Shown here: positions 1-12,236 of the stretch, one piece after another
How the letters are laid out: each line of letters begins with the position of its first letter
Numbering within the stretch: position 1 is the first letter of the stretch
Assembly: GCA_002633005.1 (NCBI GenBank)
Contig: NMRA01000842.1
Coordinates: forward strand, 57,072-121,071
Reading direction: 5' to 3'
From: Phoronis australis
Taxonomy: Eukaryota > Animalia > Phoronida
Length of the DNA: 64,000 nucleotides
The notes under the pieces: model-generated
The model's input: the letters and a program-made list of their open reading frames with translations, nothing else
What the model was told of the DNA's origin: nothing
The model's database searches: none
Made by a program: the position numbers and the translations under genes

Positions 1-1381
1 ACCTGTGTTGATATGCAAATCAGTTGTAGACACAATGAAAGACTCAACTGAATGGAACACTGCCCACATCAGTCAACTTTACATGCAGATGTAGTGGGCC
101 GATGCCTAAAAACAAGCAAAGAAAGGACTGGCAGTGTTCTATCTGTTACAAAGTCAAGTCAATAGTTATCATACCGTAGAAAAGAAACCAAAAACATTCC
201 CTTCAGCACAAAGCAGTGTAAGCATATCATAAGAGCAATAAACCAAACCATATTTTGCAGTCTTTTAATTAATGAAATTTTGGAAACACTATCTACACTC
301 ACACGCAGTCACTGGACTTGTTTAACCTGACGACTCTCGCAAATACGCAGGAATGTCCTGAAAATTATCCACAGAATACGAAACAGATGTTACTGAAGGA
401 CACGCCTTTGCAGCTTTCAAAATCGGGATGAGCGGCTTTCTCCTAGATGTAATGAAATTTAGTGACAACTGTATGTGGTAAGAATTGGATAGTTACATTA
501 TCCTTTTAAAGATTCTACGTCATTATCACATTTTGGATTATTTACATGTTATAATAAACAGTGAAGAAATCCCTTTATACATTTGCTTTCAGTAGGGATT
601 TCCATGGTGGATGGTGAGCTGCTATAAACAACAGCAATATGGCTTGTACAGGGCCTCGGGCTAAATGTGGAGTCGCTACTATGGCAATGACACAGATTAC
701 AGGCTAGCGTGGCAAAAGCGACACATTCGACATGCTAGCGTGTAAAAAGCGCCACGTTCGACACGTTAGCGTGTCAAAAGTGCCACCTTTGCTCTAATTT
801 ACACGTCTGACACGCTGAGCTTGTCGAACGTGGAGTATTGGAACAAAAATGACACGTTTTTGCCACGTTTTGGTACGCCACATTCGACACGCTATCGCCA
901 CGTTTTACACGTTTATTGCCACGTTTGACACACTTTTAGGGCGTTCCAATAATCCAACGTTTTTAGTGCGTGTCAAACAAGTCAAATTCTCATCCGCGGT
1001 ATTCCAGTTCCATATCCAGATCGAGGTGACAATGAAACGCAAATACGCATACAAGAAAAATGAGTGGACCTTTCAAAGCTACCAGATTTTTGCCGATAAA
1101 ATATGACATCGGTATTTTTACAATTCGCTCCAAACTTCTGATTAATAGATGGTTCTCAACAGATAAGAATAAGTTTGTTAACAATCCTGAAAATATTGGA
1201 TAGGGCAATTTGCAAACTTCTGACTTAACCCAGTCGACATATTAATTTTCTAGAAATATTGGATTCAGCAGGCTGTGCTTTCGTGACCAAGGCAGTAGAA
1301 ACCCATGTGAATGGGTTTGTTTACTATACCTAATTATATGTACAAGGTCAGGAGGGCATTTTACCTGTTCAGAGGTTCAGT

Positions 1382-1832
1382 GACTTTACCAGACTAAAGG
1401 GTTGTGAGCATGTGATAACATCTAATTCCTTTGTTAACTTAACCAAATGCAGTCTTTTGTCTGGTATGACAACAGGCAGGCCAATTATCTATCAGGCTTA
1501 TTGCAAACTACATTACTTGTGAACACAGCCAAACCCAGAGTGTTCCAAAAGAATAGACTGTCAGGACTTCGATTGCAGTTGGGCGATTTTGGCGATTCTA
1601 AAACTAAACATGACCAGCATTTGACGAGGAATTCAGAAATGCTATTAGTTTATGATCAAATATGTTATAAAATAACTTTTTTGAACAGCACAGCAAAGTC
1701 AGGCTATAGCTAGGATCTTATTGAAGATTAGAGCAATAATCAAACAAAAGAATCCAGCTGGCTCTCCAACCATAAATGCCAGAATGGAGTTAATCAGTTG
1801 TGTAAGATATTGGCTACTGGGGTAAACTTCCA
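1382..1832. repeat. Interspersed repeat with further copies at about 4442-5090 and 2225-2550
   Basis: Collinear blocks such as GACTTTACCAGAC, TTGCAGTTGGGCGATTTTGGCGATTC and TAAGATATTGGCTACTGGGGTAAACTTCC. Confidence 0.8.
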
Positions 1833-1910
1833 TATGAGGCCTTATATCTTTATTAAAATAGCATACACTGCTAAAACAACTTATTGGATCAAATACAAGA
1901 ATTATGTATC

Positions 1911-2196
1911 TGTGTCATGGATGTAAGAGTAATGACATGTACGGTGTGTCATGGATGTAAGAGTAATGACATGTACGGTGGCTGATGTAAGAGTAATGAC
2001 ATGTACGGTGGCTGATGTAAGAGTAATGACATGTACGGTGGCTGATGTAAGAGTAATGACATGTATGGTGGCTGATGTAAGAGTAATGACATGTACGGTG
2101 GCTGATGTAAGAGTAATGACATGTACGGTGGCTGATGTAAGAGTAATGACATGTACGGTGGCTGATGTAAGAGTAATGACATGTACGGTGGCTGCA
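1911..2196. repeat. Minisatellite, 30-bp unit, about 9 copies
   Basis: GATGTAAGAGTAATGACATGTACGGTGGCT repeated. Confidence 0.95.
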
Positions 2197-4741
2197 TCCT
2201 GTTACCGACAGGGTACGAACGCTGGGAAACCCAACTGCATTGGTAATATACGTTGGAACTGAATAGATTGTCTTAACTTCTGTTGTAGTTGGGCAATTTT
2301 GGTGATTCAAAAACTTAACATCATCAGCATTTTACGAGGAATTCAGAAATGCTATTGGTTGAAGTTCAAATATGTTAACTTTTATTTTTAACAGCACATC
2401 CCAGCTAGATAGGATCTGATCGGAGATCAGAGCAATTATGAAACAAAAGAGAGAGCTGGCCCTCCAACCCTAAATGCCAAAATGGAGTTATTGGCTACAG
2501 GGGTCATCTCAGTTCCCAACTTGTTGTTGGGAGCAACGGGGAAAATGCCATAATGTAGAGCATCAAACCGTGGACTCGTATTTAGTGCAGTTTCTGCAAG
2601 AATGACCAGTTGTTTTACACATGGACATACCAATTTAATAGTATCGAATTCAGACAAACATTACGAGGGTATTGACTATCAGGATGCTGTGCAAGACATG
2701 AGACTGAGAGAAAACAGAAACTCATCTGACGAGAGCATATATGATAAAAATGCCACTTGCTTTAACAATGCAAGAAACTTTCTTATTTATTTCATCACAT
2801 TTTCTGGAAATCTCAATGTAAAAATGACACACCTTGATGGCTATGGGACTTGTCCAGTCCTGTCTCATAAAAATAGTGTCCTGACTGTGTGACAGAATAG
2901 CAGAGCTGAAACTGAGTTAAATGTATTTTCATTAGTCAAACAAAAGAGGGTTATGAATAGACAGCCTTGGCTTAGTGGTGGGTTGTTAATGCTTCACAGC
3001 ATTCAGTTAGGGATGGTTTCATCATGAGTTTGGAAGGAACCAAATAAGTAATCAATCCCCAATAGAAGGAGCAAGGCAGCTGCGAAACATTAGGAAGTTA
3101 GTTTTATAGTAAATCCCGTAAATATGGAGTAAACACTTACTTAAAGTGTCTCTTCAAAATGGCTGCTGGGAACCAGTTTTCATTCAGTAAAGGAAAATTA
3201 AGTTATTCAGTGTAAACTCAGGTTTCAGGTAGCCATTTTGAAAAGGGAATCCTTTCCTTCACTTCAACCCTTAATCCAGCAGTCCTTAGTTATTATTACT
3301 TGAATCAACTGTTGAGAACTGCTATTGTGCAAAATAAGTGGCTATTGATGCACAGACCTCAGGATAGGGTACACATAAGTCAGCTTTATAGCCTGCCACT
3401 TTAACTTGAAACCAGAGTTACCAATAAAGGATATCAAAAATACTCACAGTTAGCTTAAATTACCCAATTAAAAACAAACTGGAAATTAACCTCTGCCAAA
3501 GAAACATTAGTGATTACAAGGAAGGACTTCTTTAACATCAAACTCATATTTTAACGATAACATGGATCAAATTTCAGCCAGATAGCAGTGAGTCCATGCT
3601 GTTAAATATTTGTCAACACCAACACACACTATAACGTGAGTTTCAAACAGATGAAATAAGATTTTACCATGTTTAGGCCATTTTCCTCATATGACAGACA
3701 TTATGCATGGAGACATTAGGCTTCAGTCTTTTTTTTTTTTAAATTACTATTAGACTTCGCTAACTTTAAATTGTTATGAAAGTAAGAAAGATGCTGTTTA
3801 AGAATAAATAAAAATTTGCAACCTAGCAAATTTACTTAGTAGAAGAGTACGTGTACAGTAAATGTCTTGATTAGTTTCGCAATCAACTGTTGGCAAACAT
3901 CATCATATATCAACCGATTCCCAAGTCTGCAGTTGTTCTAATTTTCAGCAGAGTGGTCACCTACTCACTTCGTGTGCTAATTTCAGCTTGAGTGAGCACA
4001 TTCGAAAGAGAATGGTAGGGTGAAACCTCACCATTTAAGTACACAATTTGGTAAACATTTGAATTTTTTTCTCATTTTTCATAAATGGTGCATTTGTACC
4101 AAAATGATACTTTGCAATTTTAGTTCTGTACAATAGCTTCCAACACAAAATATTTTGAAAAACTGTGGGCATTTATAGCAGTGTTAGAAGCCCCTCAAAA
4201 ATCAAGTTGCAGCTATTTTTGCAATTATTTCTCTCTGAAATTGACGATAGTTTACCGGATCTATTTTGCTGCCTTAGTAAAGAAGAAAAATTTTCAACAT
4301 TTGAAACCCATTCAAGGTGTTCTTTCAGAAGAAGATTTCTGAGTAGTGAGTAATCTAGGCAATAGTTCTGAAATAGCAACAGCAAAATACAACCTCTACC
4401 AGCATGAAATATAATTAACATGACAGCGTTTTCCCATTCTAGGACTTTACCAGACGAAGGGGGTTGTGAGCGTGTGATAACATCTAGCTTCTTTTTAACC
4501 GCCAAGCACAGCCTTTTGTCTGCTATGACAACAGGCAGGCCAATTATCTACCAGGCTTATTACAGACCATGTGTGAACACCTTCAAACCCAGAGTGGTAC
4601 ATTCCGAAAGAATAGATTATCATAACTTTGGTTGCAGTTGGGCGATTTTGGCGATTCAAAAACTAAACATGATCATCATTTGATGAGGATTTCAGATATG
4701 CTATTGGTTTATGGTCAAATATGTTATAACTTAACTTTTAT

Positions 4742-4884
4742 TATGGGCGGTGAGACACTGAAAAAAGTGGGGGCTATAGCCCCCCCCAGCCCCCTGTGGT
4801 GCACCATCCATAAACCATGGGCACCGGAACACTGAAAAAAGGGGGGGCTATTGCCCCCCAGCTCCCTATGGTGTGTCGCCCATG
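4742..4884. mobile_element. Small (C)ATGGGCG..CGCCCATG MITE (dimeric) with 5-bp TSD TTTAT
   Basis: Short TIRs; TTTAT at 4737-4741 and 4885-4889; absent from the paralogous repeat copies at about 1680 and 2385. Confidence 0.7.
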
Positions 4885-5211
4885 TTTATTGTTAACAGCA
4901 AAGCCCAGTTATGCTAGATACCATCTTATGAAGATTAGAGCAATTGTCCAACAAAAGAGAGCTATGTCAGAATAGAGTTCATCAGTCGTGTAAGATATTG
5001 GCTACTGGGGTAAACTTCCCAACTTGTTGTTGGGCTATAGAGTCGAACAAGTTGGGAGCAACGGGAAAAACGCCATAGTTAATATAGACATACAAAGCTG
5101 AAGTAGAAGGGGCTAACTCAACAGTTGTCGCTAGTAAATAGGATGTTCTGGGTTGTGTGTTACATCACAGATGTCACCATATTGATCAAGTATAATTATA
5201 CAGAGCAAGTT

Positions 5212-5300
5212 GTGGGTGAGCGCGATTCCGTGGGTGAGTGCGATTCCGTGGGTGAGCGCGATTCCGTGGGTGAGCGCGATTCCGTGGGTGAGCGCGATTC
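5212..5300. repeat. Minisatellite, 18-bp unit x5
   Basis: GTGGGTGAGCGCGATTCC repeated. Confidence 0.95.
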
Positions 5301-5418
5301 TCTTGACAGTTGGAGACAGATTATGAACACAGGCTGTCACACAACAACTGGGGATATGTCTGATTTATACAAAGGACTTGATTGTTTTCAATGTGGTTAC
5401 GTTGCATTGTAAGGCAGG

Positions 5419-5569
5419 TTGTCACATGGTAAACAACCAGTCAAGCCATTGTCACATGGTAAACAACCAGTCAAGCCATTGTCACATGGTAAACAACCAG
5501 TCAAGCCATTGTCACATGGTAAACAACCAGTCAAGCCATTGTCACATGGTAAACAACCAGTCAAGCCAT
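5419..5569. repeat. Minisatellite, 30-bp unit x5
   Basis: TTGTCACATGGTAAACAACCAGTCAAGCCA repeated. Confidence 0.95.
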
Positions 5570-7936
5570 GTATAACTTGCTGCCACCTTAACATTTTTGG
5601 TGAGTAACACATCATGAAAATAGTGCTTGACCAAATTTAAGGCAAAGTTCCATTGTAACATGCTATTGGACGAGAGTTGAAGGCAAAGTTCCATTGTAAC
5701 ATGCTATTGGACGAGAGTACGATAAAGCAACCATAGTACAAAACAAAAGATTGAAAGTGAGGATGTGCTTTAAAATGTATCACATTAACAGTTACAAACA
5801 AATTTGGTTGGTTAATAACTATTTTTTATATGAATTCATATTATCCATTTCTGATCTAATAGAAATGGGTGATGGACAGTATGATTACTCAAATACACAC
5901 TTCATATCAACCATTCCTATGAATGCATATTGAATGATATAATGCGATAGTAATGACCATCAGCAGCAAATATAATGCTTTTCCCAAATATTAAGAAATT
6001 ATATCACATTCATTGTAGTTAACTAAAGAAAACATCAGTCAACGAGAGAGAAATAAGTAAATTTTTTGTTTTTGAGATAAGCTTTTCAATTACAGACTAT
6101 TTATAGCAGACCAGAAAGTTTTTGTCACCTTACATTCCCAGTAAAGATTCCGTGGCTCTTTTTTACAAAATGTGCAAAGATTTGACTCTAGGATACCAAT
6201 GTGACTCTAGGATACCAATTTTGACCAGAAAGTCATAGTCTGTGGCAACAATTCAATGAAGACAACTTTTTCTTGAATTATCAGTAAAATTATGAGAGCA
6301 AGCATAAAGTCTTCCCGCCACCATTGGGAGGAAAAATTTGATTCCCAGTAAAACTCACATGTTGGATTTTTGCAAAAACCTTCAATTAATTCAGAGTATA
6401 TGACGTTTATTTGTCGTATTTTCTAATATTTTCAGAAATTTGGAAGACTTACAGAAAACTGCATTTCTGGAATTTGTCAAATTGAAAAATTGCATGCATA
6501 AAATCTTAAGGGGTGAAGAGGAAGCATAACCGATACAAAGTAAGACGCAAAACATAAAGTCCCCCCTAGACGAATTTATACCAGCACTTTTGAAGACCGT
6601 TGCCTAGTTAACGAGTATATTATACCAGATTGGCTGATGATGAAAATCTTCATCCTTGTCAGTGTCCCGAATTTGGGTGAAATATCCAAAAAACCAAGAA
6701 GAAAATAAATATTCAGTAAACACATATGGTAAAAAGCAACTCCAAAATGTAAACCGTTGTGAAATAAGTATTGTTACAACAGCTCGAGTCTTTCCAAAAA
6801 CGTGATTGGCTGAATTAGTCTGTGGAATACTGATAAGAGATTCGATAAAATACTAGATGTGGAGCATTTTACAACCTTCCTGTAAACATGTTTGTGCCAT
6901 TTCAGTTACCTTTTTTCTTGATAAAAATAGTTTAAAGCGTTACACTGATTGCCTGGATAGCAAATGAACGAGATTAGGTAACAATAGATTTAATTACAGT
7001 AACTATGCCAAGAATTGTAATTGTTAAGGCTCTTCTCGAACAGATCAATAACTCTTGACATTCGGTTTCATAAAGTTTTTGTTAAAGTTTAGTTTGATGT
7101 TTTCAAATAGATTGTCCCTAAAAATAAGTCGCAAAAAGGTTAAGTTTGACATCAGCCAAGAAAGGGTGACATTAAAAATATTAACAGCTGACATAATTTA
7201 TGTTCATTCGTATCAGCCATAATGGTAGTGTAGATCAGCAATTTTATGCAAAATATTCTCACAGCATGCCACATCTGGTAACGCTGAACTAAAAACTCTC
7301 CATGTACACCTCCAATCATACATCAGGGTTTGGTAATTTTTAACTTATTTTTCATAAAATCAATTGCTAAACCTGTCATTTCCCAATATCGAAAGGCTGA
7401 CTACAGTAGCTTCAAGTAATAGAAAATTTACTATATGTTGCTTGACGACACTTACACTGCCCAAACCAAGCTAATTATGAATTAGAATTTTCTACATCTT
7501 TACTTTAATGTAGACAAAATTTCACTGTTCTGCCATTTTTTATGATAAGAACTCCTGTACCCATCCCCAAAGTATATTTGATTTCACCTTTTAAATTAAA
7601 ATATAAGTCAAAAACTATCCCACAATGCATTTGAAAAGCAACTGCATGCCCACATTCTAAGCAGAATAAGACATTTCCATTGTCGAGATGGCTGACGGAA
7701 CAACTTTACAGGAGTTCTAATCTTGAAGACTTCAAGCATTTTTAAATGCAAATTAAGACTGCAATTATGTATAATTATGTATAATTATGTATAATTATTT
7801 TGATGATTTCAGCTATTTCTGGAACTAGCGGCTAGTCTGGAAGCAAAAAGTATGAGAGGTCAAAATACAGAATTGTTATACCCTTTCCTCTTGTACATTC
7901 TCACATTCTTTGATTTTAGGCTAAGAGCGCGAGACA

Positions 7937-9079
7937 ATGGCAACAGAATCAGACTATCCACTGTACTTGGACATTTCAGTAGAGGATGGCACCTACATGA
8001 TGCGTAATTTGTCGATATTCGACTTGAAAAAGTCCCGGCCTATCGAACCAGGTGAAGCAATCGCTATTGCCATGAGCACTTTGGCGCTCATCTTCAATAT
8101 TCTTGCACTCCTGTCAATCACTCATGTCAAAGGTCACCTGTCAACCAATCTTCGCTTGATCACCAGCTTGACTCTGTCTGACATGCTGGTGGGTACCGCC
8201 TACATGATCAAGGTAACCAAAAGAGCTGTGAGCCCGGTGTTCCACTCCATTTTTACACAGTGCCTTGAACATGTGACCCATGCCCTCATCACATCAGCAC
8301 ACATCATTGTTCTGTTAAATCTTCTTGGATTGGCCGTCGATCATTTCTGTGCGATCGTGAAACCACTCGGTTACCCAGTGCTCATGAGTCACCGCAGGGT
8401 CAACATGATGATCATGTCATTTTGGAGTGGAGCATTTCTCATTGGATTCTCCCGCTTTATCATGCCGGTGACAATTTACTACCACTGCAAACAATACGCA
8501 TCTTACCAAAGTTACTGTGAGTACGTGGAGTGTAGTAGATACGACCCAGAGTATGCGATGTACTGTGTCGTACTTATTGCATTCACATCAATGGCTTGCT
8601 TATACACACGCATATTCATCAAAATCCGCACCTACCAAAGAATGCAGGGTAGACATAAGAAACATCACAAGCCCAACACAAAAGGACTTCTGACCACCGT
8701 CTTAATTGTGGCATCGTTCGCGTTGCTATGGATTCCTTATTGCATATTCACTACTTACATACACGTTGGGCTTATTCGCTTCCCCATGGAAGCAATCAAC
8801 TACTTCAAGATAAAGAAAGAAGCCGAGTATTACCTGTACGATCTCGTGCTGCTCAATTCTATGTTTGACCCAGTTATTTATGCAGTGCGCATGCGCGACG
8901 TTCGACAGGGTTTTAGCCGTTTCCAAAAGCGCTTCAGGAAGAATGAGAGGAGGAAGTTGTCACAAACGAGTACACTAGAAAATAGAACTCTAAACACAAA
9001 CAGTGCTGTCACCTTGTCCCTTAAAAACGACTTCAACAATGGTGAGGCAGATGTTAATCAAAACAGCAACGAAGTCTAA
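7937..9079 (+). CDS. Rhodopsin-like (class A) GPCR, melanocortin/adenosine-receptor-like, 380 aa, single coding exon
   Basis: Seven hydrophobic segments with class A motifs: TM1 IFN, TM2 LTLSD, TM3 AVDHFCAIVKPLGY (DRY position), TM5 LY..IF, TM6 FALLWIPY, TM7 NSMFDPVIYA. Basic ICL3 and C-tail. A polypyrimidine tract plus AG acceptor at 7918-7919 implies an upstream 5'UTR exon. Confidence 0.93.
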   Translation: MATESDYPLYLDISVEDGTYMMRNLSIFDLKKSRPIEPGEAIAIAMSTLALIFNILALLSITHVKGHLSTNLRLITSLTLSDMLVGTAYMIKVTKRAVSPVFHSIFTQCLEHVTHALITSAHIIVLLNLLGLAVDHFCAIVKPLGYPVLMSHRRVNMMIMSFWSGAFLIGFSRFIMPVTIYYHCKQYASYQSYCEYVECSRYDPEYAMYCVVLIAFTSMACLYTRIFIKIRTYQRMQGRHKKHHKPNTKGLLTTVLIVASFALLWIPYCIFTTYIHVGLIRFPMEAINYFKIKKEAEYYLYDLVLLNSMFDPVIYAVRMRDVRQGFSRFQKRFRKNERRKLSQTSTLENRTLNTNSAVTLSLKNDFNNGEADVNQNSNEV

Positions 9080-10614
9080 GCAGGATAACACTGACAACTA
9101 AAGTCGCTTTTACGCGACAAACACTAGACAAGGAACGAGCAGATCTGTGTCTGTGCTATTTACACAACATTACTTAGTGGAAACTGGGTCAGCACAGAAG
9201 TCAGACACAGCCAGCCAGTCTGTGCACGCTCAGGTTAACAATGGCAAATGCCCAAAATCTTATAGAATTTCAGTGACAAAATGAAGCTAAAAGGCAAGGC
9301 AGTGAATGGCGACTCGTAGATATAGTGCAAAATGATCACCCAATGTGCAAGCCATCGTGTAACAAGGCCAAGTGAGATGAACCATTCCACCTAACTACCA
9401 GTCTGTCTGTATTTAGATACAATTTACTCTACCTCAGAAACATGTGACAAAACTTATTGCCACAGTGGCAGTTTGTTCTGCGTGAGTTCTGCTTACACAC
9501 ACGCTAGTGCCAGATCATCTCGGTTCCTGTAAGTTGTTGCGTGCCAACTTAATGTGTAAATGTTACATAATGGAACTCATGACAGGACCGTGCTTAAGTC
9601 ATGATACTCTAGCAGAAATGAATGCAGCGACTCACAGTCACCTCCTGAATAAAGGTACTTGCTGGTGGTAAATGGATGTTTTCTAAACAAAAGTACCCAA
9701 GTTTTGAACCTGTTGCTTGAATGTGCATAATTAGAGGCAGGTTACCTCCACTGACTGAAGCCATACACAATGAAACAGGATTAAACAGAATAAGCTGTAT
9801 GAGTATATATTAACGTGATAGTTTCACTTAGAATATGGTGAATTACAAGAAAGAATGCTTTTAAAAGATTTCATGACTGCTCGAAGTGTTCTTCACAACC
9901 TGTCTTGACTCTTCGCTGCGTCATGTTTGAATATTGCAGCAATGACCTTGAAGTATCGGGAGATTAGTCATTTATAAGCAAAATACTAGGATATTTTGGA
10001 CGAATGGTACCAGCTCAATGCATTGATTACAAAATGCAACACATAAACTCACCACACTTTGGACATGAACAGGTGCATGAATTTTGCAATTTCAGTAGAG
10101 TTTGAATTGTCCGTAGTGGAGAACACTGACCCCATCCAATATTCAGACCATGTTTCAAGCGGTCACCTTAAATAACATCAGCGTTCCACACGGGATTATA
10201 AAAGGTGTAACAATTTGCGATTCAAGCCAGACTTTACTGAAAGTGTTACATCCTTTTTAAGCTTGCGATGCTTTGCAGTTTATATGATGTATGCAATAAT
10301 TTCAAAGTTACAAAAAATACAAAAATGCCAGTGACTCTAGTTTTTGATAAAACACTTCAATGCTATGAATTCCAGTAAAATTTATTTAGCGTGTCCTGTA
10401 ATTGTTTCTTTTAGTTCTGCACATACACTAGTATACACAGCTTTATGTTACGTAGACAGGTTCTCGTTCAAGGCTACACATGAGATAATTAGCACTCCAT
10501 CATTTTTGATTAGCCATGGAAAATATATCAAGTAATTATAGATGAAAAGGTGAACAGAATGTACAAAATTTTGAAGAAAAAGTGACTTAGAAATGTCCAC
10601 ATATTTGAATCGAG

Positions 10615-10803
10615 GTTTAATTTTCTGACGACAGTGTTTTAATTTTTTAACAACAAAGCGTTTCAATTTTCTGACAATACAATGTTCAATTTTCTGACAA
10701 CACAGTGTTTCAATTTTCAGACACCGTGTTTCAATTTTCTGACAACACAGTGTTTCAATTTTCTAACACAGTGTTTTAATTTTCTGACAACACAGTGTTT
10801 TAA
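10615..10803. repeat. Degenerate tandem repeat, unit about 22-25 bp
   Basis: Variants of TTTCAATTTTCTGACAACACAGTG. Confidence 0.85.
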
Positions 10804-12115
10804 TGGGAAAATTGTCCCACATTTTTCATGTAGTGCTTTTGTTATTTGTTGTGCTTAATTAAAGATGAAGCATGGTATTAATCTTAGAGAGAAGTGTTAA
10901 ATACTGAACCTATTTTTGAGTGACTATGAGAATAGCCGTGTTGTGAATGACATTGAAAGAATATTTACTTTGTCCCAACTCCTTTTATGAATTGAAAGAT
11001 GTAGTAACCAAATATTTGAAGAACAACATTTAATTAAGAATACAGTTTGTTACTGCAGACTGCAATGTTACGTTATGTTGCGTTATGTTATTCCGATTAG
11101 GCGTACAAATACACTTGTTTCCCGCCATGTAAGAAGACTTTCTACAGTGTAGTTCTAGCGCCAGATGTCGCTCTCTCTGACTATTTATTCTGGTACCGCC
11201 CTTTTTGAACGCCATTCCACAAACGTTTTATGGTGGATAAATGTCAATGTACATAATTGTTTTCTTCGGAATTTGGTTGGACTTGGGGTGATATTGGCGT
11301 AAGTACTCATGTTTCTTATAATACAGTTTATTTGCATTCATTAGTATATTAGTTTTTCCATGTTTTCTCAGGTGTACTTAATGTTTTGAATGCTTGCTAC
11401 TATGTATACCCTTTGCCAGTTATCATTTTACTTGGGCGTTGTCCTCCTAAATGTTACTGTATATACATGATAGAGCACTATGCAACGTGTAAGCTTGAAC
11501 ATAGTTTTTTTTGGTTATTTCAGTTTACCTACTACTACTACTACTACTACTACTATCACGCCTCCTACTACCGCAACATATTGTGTCAATAAAGAGTAAA
11601 GCCCCCCGAACCTGTTTGTTTTGCTCCAACACAGTTATTGGTCCTTTATCAAACATTTCGTTTGACGTATAAAGCCAACATTTTTACTCTGCACTCCAGC
11701 TATCAGGAATAGACTGTGATGACGTAAGAATGTAACAGCCCAAGAAACAAACGACTCTAAGAAGTTGTAATATGACCGATCACAAGCAACCATTCCAATT
11801 GCGTTGTGTAGACAGATTATCTTAAGCTGTAATATGGCCAATCACAATCAACCATTCCAATTGTGTTATGTAGACAGGCTCATGTCAGTCAGTTTGAATA
11901 CATCTTCATCAAAGACTTCACTCAGTTCCACAAACACATTACAGAATAGAAACGAAAAAATAAGCAAAAAATCTCTGAAATCACAGCAAAACTAAATGAT
12001 ACAGGCAGTGAACAGGCACCATTGCTATTTTATCCATCCTGTGGACTCGTGTATAATGTATTTGTTTGGTTTATGGTACATTTCAACTTAGTGTACATCA
12101 CACAGCAGTACCTAC

Positions 12116-12236
12116 CAAGACGTAGTGACCGAACAAGTTGGTGGTAAACACTTGCTTCAAGCCCTCCGGCGTACTCTGGTCATCCTGCTTCAGCAAGCCG
12201 TGGCCGGTGGAAAACATGTGCGCCACCTGGCGAGGA
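12116..12236 (-). CDS. HSD17B7: HSD17B7 coding exon 4 (PRQVAHMFSTGHGLLKQDDQSTPEGLKQVFTTNLFGHYVL)
   Basis: Not in the ORF track. Acceptor gttcgtttcag, 121 nt, donor TTG|gtaggt. Matches HSD17B7 HMFSTAEGLL..DGLQEVFETNVFGHFIL. Exons 1-4 total 462 nt in one frame. Confidence 0.92.

Noticed and set aside
1911-2196. CRISPR-like appearance and repetitive ORFs in the 30-bp arrays (also 5419-5569, 51546-51691, 52697-53012)
   Set aside because: Head-to-tail identical units with no unique spacers, no cas genes and a eukaryotic context. The ORFs are by-products of stop-free repeat units.
8726-8926. Antisense ORFs overlapping the GPCR, gag/pol and Bcl-2 exons
   Set aside because: Shadow frames of real coding sequence.
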